Source: Campylobacterota bacterium
GTDB lineage: Bacteria; Campylobacterota; Campylobacteria; Campylobacterales; Sulfurimonadaceae
Assembly (NCBI GenBank): GCA_034660715.1
Contig: JAYEJR010000151.1
Span: forward strand, 4,310 to 55,337
Length of the DNA: 51,028 nt
Direction: 5' to 3'
Shown: positions 27,405 through 37,026 of the stretch, in pieces
Layout: each line of letters opens with the position of its first letter
How positions within the stretch are numbered: position 1 is the first letter of the stretch
The notes under the pieces: model-generated
The model's input: only the letters and a program-made list of their open reading frames with translations
Databases searched by the model: none
Told to the model about the DNA's origin: nothing
Translations under genes and position numbers: made by a program

Positions 27405-28412
27405 ATGAAACATATTTTTATATCACTTACTCTACTTTTTTTTACAAATCTTTATGCTCAAAACATTGGTAATGATTTTTACAACGAAATCTTTGGAATT
27501 AATAATGAAAAAGTAAACACCGCTATTAAAAATCACAACTTTTATAAAATCAATGCAGAAAAAGGAAACCTAGATGCTCAATATAATCTAGGTGTATCTT
27601 ATGAACTAGGTCATGGTACTGAGAAGAATTATACGAAGGCAATATATTGGTATAGACAAAGTGCAGAAAGTGGATTTGATTCAGCAGAATACAATTTAGG
27701 TGTAATGTATGATCAAGGTAGAGGTATTTCTCAAGACTATAAACAAGCTCTATACTGGTATAAAAAAAGTGCCCTACATGGAAACCCTAAAGCACAATAC
27801 AATCTTGGTATACTTTATGATAACGGAAGAGGTGTTAAAAAAGACTATGAGGAAGCTGCTAAATGGTATAAATTAAGTGCAAACCAAGACTATGCAAATG
27901 CTCAAAACAACCTTGCTTATATGTATGAACATGGACAAGGTGTTGTCCAAGACTCTGTTAAAGCCCTAGAACTTTACACATTAAGTGCTAGCTCAGGTAA
28001 CAGTTTTGCCAACTATTCACTTGCCGTTAAATATCATTTTGGGAATGGAGTAAAACAAAACTTTTCTCAAGCCATCAAACTATACAAAATAAGTGCTAAA
28101 GCAGGTAATTCTGATGCACAAGTAAACTTAGGTAGTATGTATAAAAATGGGGAAGGTACAATTAAGGATGTTAGTAAAGCAATTAAATATTATAAACTTA
28201 GTGCTAATCAGAATAACCCCTTTGGACAATTTAATTTATGTAAAGCTTACTTTTCAGGCAATGGTGTTTTGGAGGATCAAAGAAAGGCTTTTGAACTCTG
28301 TACAAAATCGGCTCAGCAAGGTAACGATGAAGCTATCAAGTACTTAGACTTGATGAGAAAAAGAAATCCTTCATTATTCAAAAAAAAAGAGACATTGTTT
28401 AATGAATTTTAG
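27405..28412 (+). CDS. Secreted Sel1-repeat protein
   Basis: Signal peptide and about 7-8 36-aa repeats of AQYNLG..Y..G.GV..D...A..WY..SA. Confidence 0.93.
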   Translation: MKHIFISLTLLFFTNLYAQNIGNDFYNEIFGINNEKVNTAIKNHNFYKINAEKGNLDAQYNLGVSYELGHGTEKNYTKAIYWYRQSAESGFDSAEYNLGVMYDQGRGISQDYKQALYWYKKSALHGNPKAQYNLGILYDNGRGVKKDYEEAAKWYKLSANQDYANAQNNLAYMYEHGQGVVQDSVKALELYTLSASSGNSFANYSLAVKYHFGNGVKQNFSQAIKLYKISAKAGNSDAQVNLGSMYKNGEGTIKDVSKAIKYYKLSANQNNPFGQFNLCKAYFSGNGVLEDQRKAFELCTKSAQQGNDEAIKYLDLMRKRNPSLFKKKETLFNEF

Positions 28413-28446
28413 CTAAAATTCCACTATTAAAACTAAAGGCTTTTAC

Positions 28447-29832
28447 ATGGTTGTTACTCGTTTCGCTCCTTCTCCTACTGGATATCTTCACATTGGTGGT
28501 CTTCGTACTGCACTTTTTTCTTACCTTTGGGCTAAAAAAAATGGTGGTAAATTTGTACTTCGTATCGAAGATACTGATAAAGCTCGTAACTCCGAGGAAG
28601 CGACTCAAGCTATTTTACAAGCATTTGAGTGGTTAGGACTTGAAGCAGATGGTGAGATAACTTACCAGTCTCAAAGAGATGAGATTTACGCAAAATACGT
28701 CAAACAACTTCTTGATGAAGGCAAAGCTTACAAATGTTACATGAGCAAAGAAGAGTTAACAGAACTTCGTGAAACGCAGATGGCTAACAAAGAGCGTACT
28801 ATGTATGATGGTCGTTACCGTGACTTTGATGGTACTCCTCCTGAGGGTGTTGAGCCAGTTATCCGTATAAAAAGTCCTAAAACTGGTGAGATACTTGTAA
28901 AAGATGGAGTTAAGGGTGACATTAGCTTTCAAGCTGAAGATATCTTAGATGACTTTGTTATTGCTCGTGCTGATGGTGCTCCTACATATAACTTTGTTGT
29001 AGCCATTGATGATCACCTTATGGGAATCAATGAAGTTGTTCGTGGAGATGACCACTTATCTAACACTCCAAAACAGATAGTAGTATATGAAGCACTCGGG
29101 TTTGATATACCAGCCTTTTATCATGTTCCAATGATTCACAACTCTGCTGGGAAAAAACTCTCTAAACGCGATGGTGCAACTGACGTTATGGCTTATAAAG
29201 AGATGGGTTACACTCCTCAAGCACTTCTCAACTTTCTTGTGCGTTTAGGGTGGAGTCATGGGGATCAAGAGATTTTCTCATTTGAAGAGATGATTGAGCT
29301 TTTTAATCCTAAAGACATCAACAAGTCAGCATCTATCTATAATACGCAAAAGCTTGACTGGTTAAACTCTCACTACATTAAAAACACTCCAAATACAGAG
29401 CTTGCAGAACTTTTAACAGCTTATGATGTAGTGCTTACTTCACATGACAAAAAAGAGATTTTACTTGATGCTTTAAAAGAGAGAGCTAAAACTCTTAAAG
29501 AGTTATCAGAACTTGTAACTGAGATAGTAACAACTCCGATTTCTTTTGATGCAAAAGCAGTGAAGAAAGCTTTTAAAGAGGGTTCAGTTGAGATACTCAA
29601 TGCTTTTGGAGCAAAACTCTCTGCAAATGAGCCTCATCTTCCAACAGAATATCATGCTATTATGGAAGAAGTTGTAAATGAGATGGAGATAGGTTTTGGA
29701 AAAATAGGTATGCCACTTCGTGTTGCACTTCTAGGAAAAATGGGTGGACCAAACATAGATGTAATCATGGCTGTTATAGGAAAAGAGGAGACTATGCTAC
29801 GTATTGCAAATGCAATCGCTGCTAACTCTTAA
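28447..29832 (+). CDS. gltX: Glutamate--tRNA ligase
   Basis: TRFAPSPTGYLHIGG, RIEDTD, RGDDH and KLSKR motifs. Confidence 0.97.
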   Translation: MVVTRFAPSPTGYLHIGGLRTALFSYLWAKKNGGKFVLRIEDTDKARNSEEATQAILQAFEWLGLEADGEITYQSQRDEIYAKYVKQLLDEGKAYKCYMSKEELTELRETQMANKERTMYDGRYRDFDGTPPEGVEPVIRIKSPKTGEILVKDGVKGDISFQAEDILDDFVIARADGAPTYNFVVAIDDHLMGINEVVRGDDHLSNTPKQIVVYEALGFDIPAFYHVPMIHNSAGKKLSKRDGATDVMAYKEMGYTPQALLNFLVRLGWSHGDQEIFSFEEMIELFNPKDINKSASIYNTQKLDWLNSHYIKNTPNTELAELLTAYDVVLTSHDKKEILLDALKERAKTLKELSELVTEIVTTPISFDAKAVKKAFKEGSVEILNAFGAKLSANEPHLPTEYHAIMEEVVNEMEIGFGKIGMPLRVALLGKMGGPNIDVIMAVIGKEETMLRIANAIAANS

Positions 29833-29871
29833 TCTGCTCTTACTTTAAGTTATTTGTTGTTAAAATAAGGT

Positions 29872-30993
29872 ATGAAAGAAGATAAATTACTTAAAAACAT
29901 TTTCACTTCAAATATCCTTTTTGAGGATAGTGTTTCGTATAGACAACTCATCGTAATTAACGCATCACTGATTTTATCAATGTTTGCGTTCTCCGCGTTT
30001 ATGTATATCAACTTTTTTATCATTAAAAATTACCTTATTTTCTCTTTAGACATTTTTACGTTTTTTATCGCTCTATTTACCTTCTTGCAACTCAGAAAAA
30101 ATAAAAACATTCCACAAGCTGCTCTAATATCAACCTTTTTGATTATTCTGTTTATTCTTCTTTTTATAATCGAAAACCAAAATAGAGACCTTGGTATCAT
30201 CTGGACAATATTTCCAGGTTTTTTCGCCATGCTTCTCAATGGAAAAAGGATTGGTCTCGTTTTAACAATTTTCTTCTACTCCATTATGTTCTATTTGGCA
30301 TATATAAACATCGGAATATGGGATGATGGAAACTGGGGAAACGTTGATCTTTACCGTTACGTATTTGCCATCATATTAGTAACTTCCGTAAGTTATATGG
30401 CGGAATCCGCTTACGAAATGTCCGATAGAGAGCTCGCCATTGTAAGAGCTAACGAGATCAAAGTGCTAGAGGAGTTGAAGAAGAAAGCTATTACGGATGG
30501 ATTGACCGGCATGCATAATCGAAGATACTTTAACGAAATCGTTCCAAAAATTCTAAAAACGGCGCAAAGAGATCAAAAGTACGTTAGTTTTTTTATACTC
30601 GACATTGACTATTTTAAAAACTACAATGACCTCTATGGACATCAGTCTGGTGATGAAGCACTTAAAAAAGTCTCACAAGCTCTCATCTCTTTTGTGCAGA
30701 GAGAGAACGACCTTGTTTTTAGGATAGGCGGTGAAGAGTTTGCGGGTATTGTACACGTACAAAGCGTTCAAGATGCAGAGCAATGGTTATCTAAACTCAA
30801 CGACGCGATTTTAGACCTCGACATAGAGCACTTGGAGTCTCAACTCAAGATCAAAAAACTTACCGTTAGCATAGGCGTATGCTCAAAGCTAGCGACTCAA
30901 GAACTAGACATTGACTTCTACTACAAACAAGCGGACAAAGCTCTCTACAGAGCTAAAGAGTCTGGAAGAAACAGATTGGTAGCTAGCGAATAA
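29872..30993 (+). CDS. Membrane-bound diguanylate cyclase (GGDEF domain)
   Basis: Multi-TM N-terminus; DGLTGMHNRR, DIDYFK, GGEEF, ADKALY. Confidence 0.93.
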   Translation: MKEDKLLKNIFTSNILFEDSVSYRQLIVINASLILSMFAFSAFMYINFFIIKNYLIFSLDIFTFFIALFTFLQLRKNKNIPQAALISTFLIILFILLFIIENQNRDLGIIWTIFPGFFAMLLNGKRIGLVLTIFFYSIMFYLAYINIGIWDDGNWGNVDLYRYVFAIILVTSVSYMAESAYEMSDRELAIVRANEIKVLEELKKKAITDGLTGMHNRRYFNEIVPKILKTAQRDQKYVSFFILDIDYFKNYNDLYGHQSGDEALKKVSQALISFVQRENDLVFRIGGEEFAGIVHVQSVQDAEQWLSKLNDAILDLDIEHLESQLKIKKLTVSIGVCSKLATQELDIDFYYKQADKALYRAKESGRNRLVASE

Positions 30994-30994
30994 T

Positions 30995-32110
30995 ATGAAC
31001 CCCATTCTTTTTACAGTAGTTTTAGTAGGGGTATTTGCCCTGCTCATTATGTACATTCAAAAGCGTTTTGTCTCACACTTGCATCTGAGAGAAAGAATAA
31101 AAAAGACACTCACTGTTTTTCTCTATGTCAACCTCCTTGGCATATTTCTTTATGCTCTTGGGAGATACTTCATAGACTTTCCAAACTGGCTCTATTTTCT
31201 TCTCTCTTTGCCTATTGGTGTACTTTTCTTACTCTTTTGTACGACACTTATTTACGATATCTCTCGAGTTGTTTTAGTGAGAGCGCCTCTTCGTGAAGAG
31301 AGACGACGCTTTTTTAAGCGCTCGCTCGACCTCTCCTCTTTGGTAGTCGCAAGCTCCATCACCGCAAAGGCCATCTATGACGCGAGACACGTCACTCTAG
31401 AAAAAGTGAACGTCAAACTTAGTAATCTCAAAAAACCTTATAAAATTTTACAACTCAGCGACGTTCACATCGGCGGAATCATAGACAAAAACTTTATCGC
31501 CAAAATCGTCTCAAGAGTCAACGCTTGCCAGCCCGACTTGGTAGTCATCACGGGAGACTTGGTCGACACGGACATGGACAAAGCTTCAGAGGCTCTTGGT
31601 GAACTCAAAAACCTAAAGTCAAAATATGGCACCTACTTCATAGTGGGAAACCATGAGTACTTTCACAACGTTGAAAAAATCATCGCTACCGTTAAGTCGC
31701 TGGGTATAAAAGTCCTTGAGAACGACAATCTCTACATAGGGGAAAAAGGAGAGGGCTTTAACCTCGTTGGCGTTTACGACCTCTTTGGTTACAGAGTGGA
31801 GACTCACGCGCCCAACGTCACGCTAGCGCTTCAAAATAGAGACGAAGAGTCCCCTACAGTGCTTTTGGCGCATCAACCAAAGTTCATAGAGGAAGTTCCT
31901 AGCGGCGTTGACTTGATGTTAAGCGGTCACACCCACGGTGGGCAACTCTACCCCTTTAAAGCACTTGTAAAACTTCAACAAGGATACATAAGTGGACTCC
32001 ATCAACACAACGACGAACTTCAGATATACATCAACAAAGGTACGGGCTTTTGGGGTCCACCTATGCGCATAGGTGCTAGTGCTGAGATTACGGAGATACT
32101 CATTAGTTAA
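30995..32110 (+). CDS. Membrane-anchored metallophosphoesterase
   Basis: SDVH, TGDLVD, GNHE, AHQP and SGHTHGGQ motifs. Confidence 0.92.
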   Translation: MNPILFTVVLVGVFALLIMYIQKRFVSHLHLRERIKKTLTVFLYVNLLGIFLYALGRYFIDFPNWLYFLLSLPIGVLFLLFCTTLIYDISRVVLVRAPLREERRRFFKRSLDLSSLVVASSITAKAIYDARHVTLEKVNVKLSNLKKPYKILQLSDVHIGGIIDKNFIAKIVSRVNACQPDLVVITGDLVDTDMDKASEALGELKNLKSKYGTYFIVGNHEYFHNVEKIIATVKSLGIKVLENDNLYIGEKGEGFNLVGVYDLFGYRVETHAPNVTLALQNRDEESPTVLLAHQPKFIEEVPSGVDLMLSGHTHGGQLYPFKALVKLQQGYISGLHQHNDELQIYINKGTGFWGPPMRIGASAEITEILIS

Positions 32111-32141
32111 GTATTGTTCAACTAAAAGATATACTTCTTTT

Positions 32142-33905
32142 ATGAATGACACGATAACACTCAAAACAATTTTCGCCCTTATATTAAAGAAAAAGCCAGC
32201 TCTTATTTATGGGCAAATCATAACTCTAATCGCTATCTTAGTAAGTGTTCCCATACCTCTCATGCTTCCTGTGATGGTTGATGAAGTTCTTTTAGATAAA
32301 CCTGGAGTTTTTGTAGAGTCTATAAACGCCATCTTAGGTTCTACTTCTGCGTTTAACTACATACTTATCGTTACTCTTGGGGTTATATTTTTACGGTTTA
32401 TCTACTACTTTTTAACGGTTATACTCACTAAAATCTTTACTAAAATCTCAAAATATGTGACATTTGAAGTAAGAAAAAAACTCCTACACCATCTTAAAGT
32501 CACTTCTATGAATGAGTATGAAACCCTTGGAAGTGGAGCACTTACAGCAAACTTAGTGACCGATGTAAATACTCTTGATACTTTTATCATCACGGGTGTT
32601 AGTAAACTTGTTTCATCTATCTTAACACTTATCGCCATAGCTATCGTGATGATAGCCATAGACCCTATACTTGGTCTTATGATACTTATCATTCAGCCTC
32701 TTATCATGTTACTCAGTAAAAAAATGTCGACTATGGTTGGTCGCTTAAAAAAGAAAGAGAACGATGCCATCTCAAACTTTCAAGAAGACATAGGTGAAAC
32801 TCTAGAACTCTTTGGACAGATAAAAGCGAGTAATCAAGAGCAGTTTTTCTTCTCTCGTGCAGAGACAAATGCAGATAGCATTCAAAAAACTTCCAATGAA
32901 TATGGCTATAAAAATGTGGCGTTTGAGCGATTAAGCTACACAATATTTTTAGCAATGTTTGAACTACTTCGTGCAAGTGGACTTGTACTCGTTGCATACA
33001 GTGACCTCAGCATTGGGATGATGTTCGCTATGTTTGGATACATCTGGTTTATCATGACACCGGTTCAAGACCTTCTAAGTATGCAGTATAGTTATGCTTC
33101 TGCAAAAGCAGCTATCGAGCGAATAAACAAGATTCTCTTACTAAAGACTGAAAAAAGTGGAACTACACAACTCACAGAAAATGGTGTCAACATCAAGCTA
33201 AAAGATATGACTTTTTACTATGGTGAGGAACTTATTCTTAACAATATATCTCTAGATATAAACACAGGCTGTAAGATAGCCCTAATCGGTGCGAGTGGAA
33301 GTGGTAAGACTACTCTGGCACAAGTTATAGCTGGATTTTATGAGAAGAAAAGTGGTTCACTTAGCTATAACTCAACCAGTGTAGAGGAGATAAACAAACA
33401 CTCTCTTCGAGATAAAATATTTTTAGTGCTTCAGATGCCTATACTCTTTAACTCCACACTTCGTTTTAACATCACAATGGGTAACGAAAGCATAAGTGAT
33501 GAAGAGATATACAATGCCTTGAAGGTCGCTCAACTTGAAGATATGGTAAACGCCATGGATAAGAAACTTGACACTATAGTTGGTCATCATGGTATCCGTC
33601 TCTCAGGTGGTCAACGCCAGCGTTTAAGTATAGCTCGGATGATTATCGCTAATCCCGATGTAGTCATCTTCGATGAGTCCACTTCAGCACTTGATGTTCA
33701 TACTGAAACAAAACTCCAACTATGTTTAGAAGAGTTTTTAAAAGAGAAAACTGTCATCACTATCGCTCATAGACTTAGTACAGTTAAAAATGCTGACACT
33801 ATCTATGTACTAGAAGAGGGAGAGATTGTTCAGAGTGGAACTCACGAAGAGTTAGAGAGTGAAGAGGGTCACTATAGTGAATTTGTCAAAAAACAGTTGA
33901 TTTAA
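32142..33905 (+). CDS. ABC exporter, fused TMD-NBD
   Basis: GASGSGKTT, LSGGQRQR, IFDEST, IAHR. Start moved to ATG 32142 to avoid the overlap with the upstream gene. Confidence 0.92.
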   Translation: MNDTITLKTIFALILKKKPALIYGQIITLIAILVSVPIPLMLPVMVDEVLLDKPGVFVESINAILGSTSAFNYILIVTLGVIFLRFIYYFLTVILTKIFTKISKYVTFEVRKKLLHHLKVTSMNEYETLGSGALTANLVTDVNTLDTFIITGVSKLVSSILTLIAIAIVMIAIDPILGLMILIIQPLIMLLSKKMSTMVGRLKKKENDAISNFQEDIGETLELFGQIKASNQEQFFFSRAETNADSIQKTSNEYGYKNVAFERLSYTIFLAMFELLRASGLVLVAYSDLSIGMMFAMFGYIWFIMTPVQDLLSMQYSYASAKAAIERINKILLLKTEKSGTTQLTENGVNIKLKDMTFYYGEELILNNISLDINTGCKIALIGASGSGKTTLAQVIAGFYEKKSGSLSYNSTSVEEINKHSLRDKIFLVLQMPILFNSTLRFNITMGNESISDEEIYNALKVAQLEDMVNAMDKKLDTIVGHHGIRLSGGQRQRLSIARMIIANPDVVIFDESTSALDVHTETKLQLCLEEFLKEKTVITIAHRLSTVKNADTIYVLEEGEIVQSGTHEELESEEGHYSEFVKKQLI

Positions 33906-33924
33906 ACTTAGGATAAAGTAATCT

Positions 33925-34560
33925 CTACTTTATCCCCTCATCACGAAGTCTTCTAAACTTACTACAAGCTCCACTACTTCCCATCTTACATGCTTTTAGA
34001 TAGAGTCTTTTTGCTTTTGGTTTATCTTCTCTAATTACTCCACCTTTACCATATCTGTACATGTTAGCAAGGTTATAGCACCCCTCTATATGGCCTTTGT
34101 TACAGCTATCTGCATAGAGTTCACTCGCTATCTGAAAATCTCTGTAAACGCCACGACCTCTATAGTATGTGACACCTAGATTAAAACATCCATCTACATT
34201 TCCACCATTACATGACTTAGCATAGAGACGAGAAGATTTATAAAAATCTCTCTGGATTCCACCAACACCATTCTCATACAGTGCCCCTAGATTTGAACAA
34301 GCTTGTAGGTCTCCACCATCACATCCTCTAGAGTAAAGCCCTGCAGCTTTTTTCTCATCATGCAAGACACCTTTTCCTGTTGCATATACATAAGCAAGAT
34401 TATAACAACCATCAGTTTTACCTTCTGAACATGCTTTATCCCATAGAACTATCGCTGATTTATAGTTTCCATTTTGGTATGCTGACAACCCCTCACCTAC
34501 TAAGTCTGCATTGAGACTCACACTCCAGATCATCATTAACCCTAAAATAATTCCTTTCAT
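33925..34560 (-). CDS. Cys-rich Sel1-like repeat protein (Hcp-like)
   Basis: Signal peptide; repeats of KAC..G...GC.NL...Y..G.G. Confidence 0.9.
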   Translation of the reverse strand: MKGIILGLMMIWSVSLNADLVGEGLSAYQNGNYKSAIVLWDKACSEGKTDGCYNLAYVYATGKGVLHDEKKAAGLYSRGCDGGDLQACSNLGALYENGVGGIQRDFYKSSRLYAKSCNGGNVDGCFNLGVTYYRGRGVYRDFQIASELYADSCNKGHIEGCYNLANMYRYGKGGVIREDKPKAKRLYLKACKMGSSGACSKFRRLRDEGIK

Positions 34561-34659
34561 ATACTTTCCCCTTTCATTTATCTCTTACTATTATAACTCA
34601 AAACTGATGTAAATATCTTTTTGCTATAGTTATACAAATAAAACTCCAAAGGTTAGTGA

Positions 34660-35469
34660 ATGAATGAGAAAATAGAAAAGTCAATTCTAAGTAGTTTAAT
34701 ATGTGACAGGTACTCACTTGGCTCACACTGGGTCTACGATGAGGAGGAGTTAAAAAACCTTCCTATAGACTGGGAAAAGTTAAACGCTCCACAATCCCTT
34801 TGGCATAGAGGTAAAGAGTCTGGTGACATGACACACTATGGAGACCAAACTCTGTTCTTAGTTGAGTTTGTTAAAAGAACACATCTTTTTAACAAAGAAG
34901 CTTACTATGACTTTTGGAAAGAGAAAATGTCTAAGTATAAAGGCTACATAGATGGTTCATCTCGTGAAGCCTTGGAAGAGATAGGGGCAAGTTCAAATGA
35001 CTTAAGTATCTGTGGTCGTATAGCACCACTCCTACTTTGTAGTGAGACTAAGCAGGATTTCTTAGAAAATGTAGCTGCGTTTGTAAGTATCACTCACAAC
35101 TCTCCACTTGCCCTAAACGCTAGTGCATTTTTCGCAGAACTACTTTGGTTCTCACAAAAAAATGAAGACACTAAAGCACTTATATATGTTTTAAAACCTG
35201 AGTATCCAGAGCTAGCAAAATGGATAGATGATGCCATAGAGAAACAAGATGAAAATAGCTTTGATACCATCAGAGAGTTTGGTCCTGCTTGTGGCATAGA
35301 TGGTGGTTTTGCAGGAGTAATTTACTTACTTTTACAAGATAAAAGTTTTAAAGATATTATGATAGAAAACGCTCAGGCAGGTGGTGATAGCTCTGCTCGT
35401 GGGATGGTTGTAGCTATGATACTTGGACTATCGGATAAAACAGAACTTCCTGAGCACTGGCTTGCATAA
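34660..35469 (+). CDS. ADP-ribosylglycohydrolase family protein
   Basis: HWVYD, THYGDQ, ITH and NAQAGGDSSARG motifs; C-terminal LPEHW. Confidence 0.82.
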   Translation: MNEKIEKSILSSLICDRYSLGSHWVYDEEELKNLPIDWEKLNAPQSLWHRGKESGDMTHYGDQTLFLVEFVKRTHLFNKEAYYDFWKEKMSKYKGYIDGSSREALEEIGASSNDLSICGRIAPLLLCSETKQDFLENVAAFVSITHNSPLALNASAFFAELLWFSQKNEDTKALIYVLKPEYPELAKWIDDAIEKQDENSFDTIREFGPACGIDGGFAGVIYLLLQDKSFKDIMIENAQAGGDSSARGMVVAMILGLSDKTELPEHWLA

Positions 35470-35509
35470 AGTACAAGGACACCTCAATATAACAAAGCTT
35501 TTTAATGAC

Positions 35510-35908
35510 ATGTTGGGAGATAAGGTTGGTGACTACCTTCTGCCAGCACCTAGTTATGAAATGATGCAGTGTGAAGCTTTAGAGTATGACCCTCAGAAAA
35601 AGTCATTAGTCGTAAAAGTAGCGATATTAAAAGAGTTTCTCAATCCTTATGGAACTTTCCAAGGTGGACTTATCCTTGGTGCTATAGATAATGCTACTGG
35701 ACCATTAAGTATGATGATTGCACCTCCCAATGTCACAAGAAACATTGAGTCTAAACTGCTAAAACCTATTACAATGGACTTAGAACATATCTATGTAACT
35801 GCAACACTTTTTGAAGAAAAAAAGAGACGACTAATTTTTGATGCAGTTCTAAAAGATAAAGACGAAACTATTTATGCAAAGGCTAGGCTGACAAACTGGA
35901 TATTATAA
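35510..35908 (+). CDS. PaaI-like hot-dog fold thioesterase (start uncertain)
   Basis: NPYGTFQGG...AIDN motif. The frame is open from 35423; the first ATG after the upstream gene is 35510. Confidence 0.75.
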   Translation: MLGDKVGDYLLPAPSYEMMQCEALEYDPQKKSLVVKVAILKEFLNPYGTFQGGLILGAIDNATGPLSMMIAPPNVTRNIESKLLKPITMDLEHIYVTATLFEEKKRRLIFDAVLKDKDETIYAKARLTNWIL

Positions 35909-36041
35909 GCGTATCGGTATATAATAACTCAAACTAAACTTCCCATCATCTACTAAGAAGTAGTTCTTATGGTAGATAGCATAGGGTGGGTTTGTAGTTG
36001 TTTCATAGCCACTATCAACCAACCACTCAAAATATACCCAC
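35903..36041 (-). pseudogene. 3' remnant of a GyrI-like/AraC effector-domain gene
   Basis: [26 protein letters not shown]...GKFSLSYYIPI resembles a GyrI-like C-terminus. No 5' part is present. Confidence 0.65.
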
Positions 36042-36179
36042 TTTGATGAAAATGGTCTTATGATGAAAAGATTTGCTAGCATCAACGACTTAGAGATTAA
36101 AGAGAGTGATAGAAAACTCTTATGGAAAGGGAATGCTCGTCCAGACGATTATCCATCATTAAGTGAAATGGGACTTTAA
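36042..36179 (+). pseudogene. 3' remnant of a DUF1348 (NTF2-like) gene
   Basis: [45 protein letters not shown] matches my recollection of the DUF1348 C-terminus. Confidence 0.75.
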
Positions 36180-36206
36180 TTTGCTACAATTTCACAAAGG
36201 GAACAG

Positions 36207-37025
36207 ATGCAAATAGCTACAGAAGCGTTACTAGACTTAGGTGTAAATGAAGATGGGAATATAAATGAATCCCAGCTCACTCTACTTGATTTAGAATCAT
36301 CTGATGAAGAGAACTTTAGAAAGTTAGCTCTTGATAGGGAGCTTTCAGATGCTAGAGCCGAACTCTATGTCCTTCTTCGTGGTGTCAAAGCTAAAACGCA
36401 GCAGAAAAATATCATAGCCAACTACAAAGCCCTCCAAGCATTTAGAAAAAGTAACACTATTCCTCAAAAAAACCCTCCTGCCATACAAACACCAACAACT
36501 ACAACAAATGGTAGTGTAACCATCTACTGTGATGGTGGATGTACACCAAACCCTGGAAAGGCTGGCTCAGGTGTAGCTATCTACAGAAACAACCAACTCT
36601 CAGAACTCTGGTATGGACTCTATGAAGATATAGGCACAAACAACACAGCCGAACTTGGAGCACTCTATGAGTCACTCAAACTCGCTCAAAAAGAACTAGA
36701 AAATGGAAATAGTGTTGAGATAAAGTGTGACTCTATGTACTCTATAAACTGCATAAAAACATGGGCAACCTCATGGGAGAAAAAAGGGTGGACTAAAAAA
36801 GGCGGTGCAATTAAAAACCTTGAGATAATCCAGCAAGCTTATCATCTCTACAATGCCATTAAAAAAGATGTATCCCTTACTCACATAAAAGCTCATGCTG
36901 GTTTTGAAGGCAATGAATTGGCTGATAGAATGACTATGTATACTATTCAAGAGAAGAGCACAGCATTTGTAAAATACTCAGACCCTATCGACATTGCTAA
37001 AATCTTAAAGATGCGAGCTGGCTAA
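36207..37025 (+). CDS. rnhA: Ribonuclease HI with an ~100-aa N-terminal extension
   Basis: YCDGGC.PNPG, TNNTAEL, CDSMY, W..KGW and HIKAHAG..GNELAD motifs. Confidence 0.88.
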   Translation: MQIATEALLDLGVNEDGNINESQLTLLDLESSDEENFRKLALDRELSDARAELYVLLRGVKAKTQQKNIIANYKALQAFRKSNTIPQKNPPAIQTPTTTTNGSVTIYCDGGCTPNPGKAGSGVAIYRNNQLSELWYGLYEDIGTNNTAELGALYESLKLAQKELENGNSVEIKCDSMYSINCIKTWATSWEKKGWTKKGGAIKNLEIIQQAYHLYNAIKKDVSLTHIKAHAGFEGNELADRMTMYTIQEKSTAFVKYSDPIDIAKILKMRAG

Positions 37026-37026
37026 A

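Noticed and set aside
32073-32141. Longer N-termini given by the ORF track (also 17526, 37971, 40533, 48136, 48191, 49314)
   Set aside because: Downstream ATGs have better SD, promoter or signal-peptide context and avoid overlaps.
33925-34560. Beta-lactamase call for the Hcp-like protein
   Set aside because: Only Sel1-like repeats are visible; no catalytic motif.
34660-35469. DraG of nitrogenase regulation, or a defence-linked ADP-ribosylation pair
   Set aside because: No draT, nif or ADP-ribosyltransferase gene in the window.
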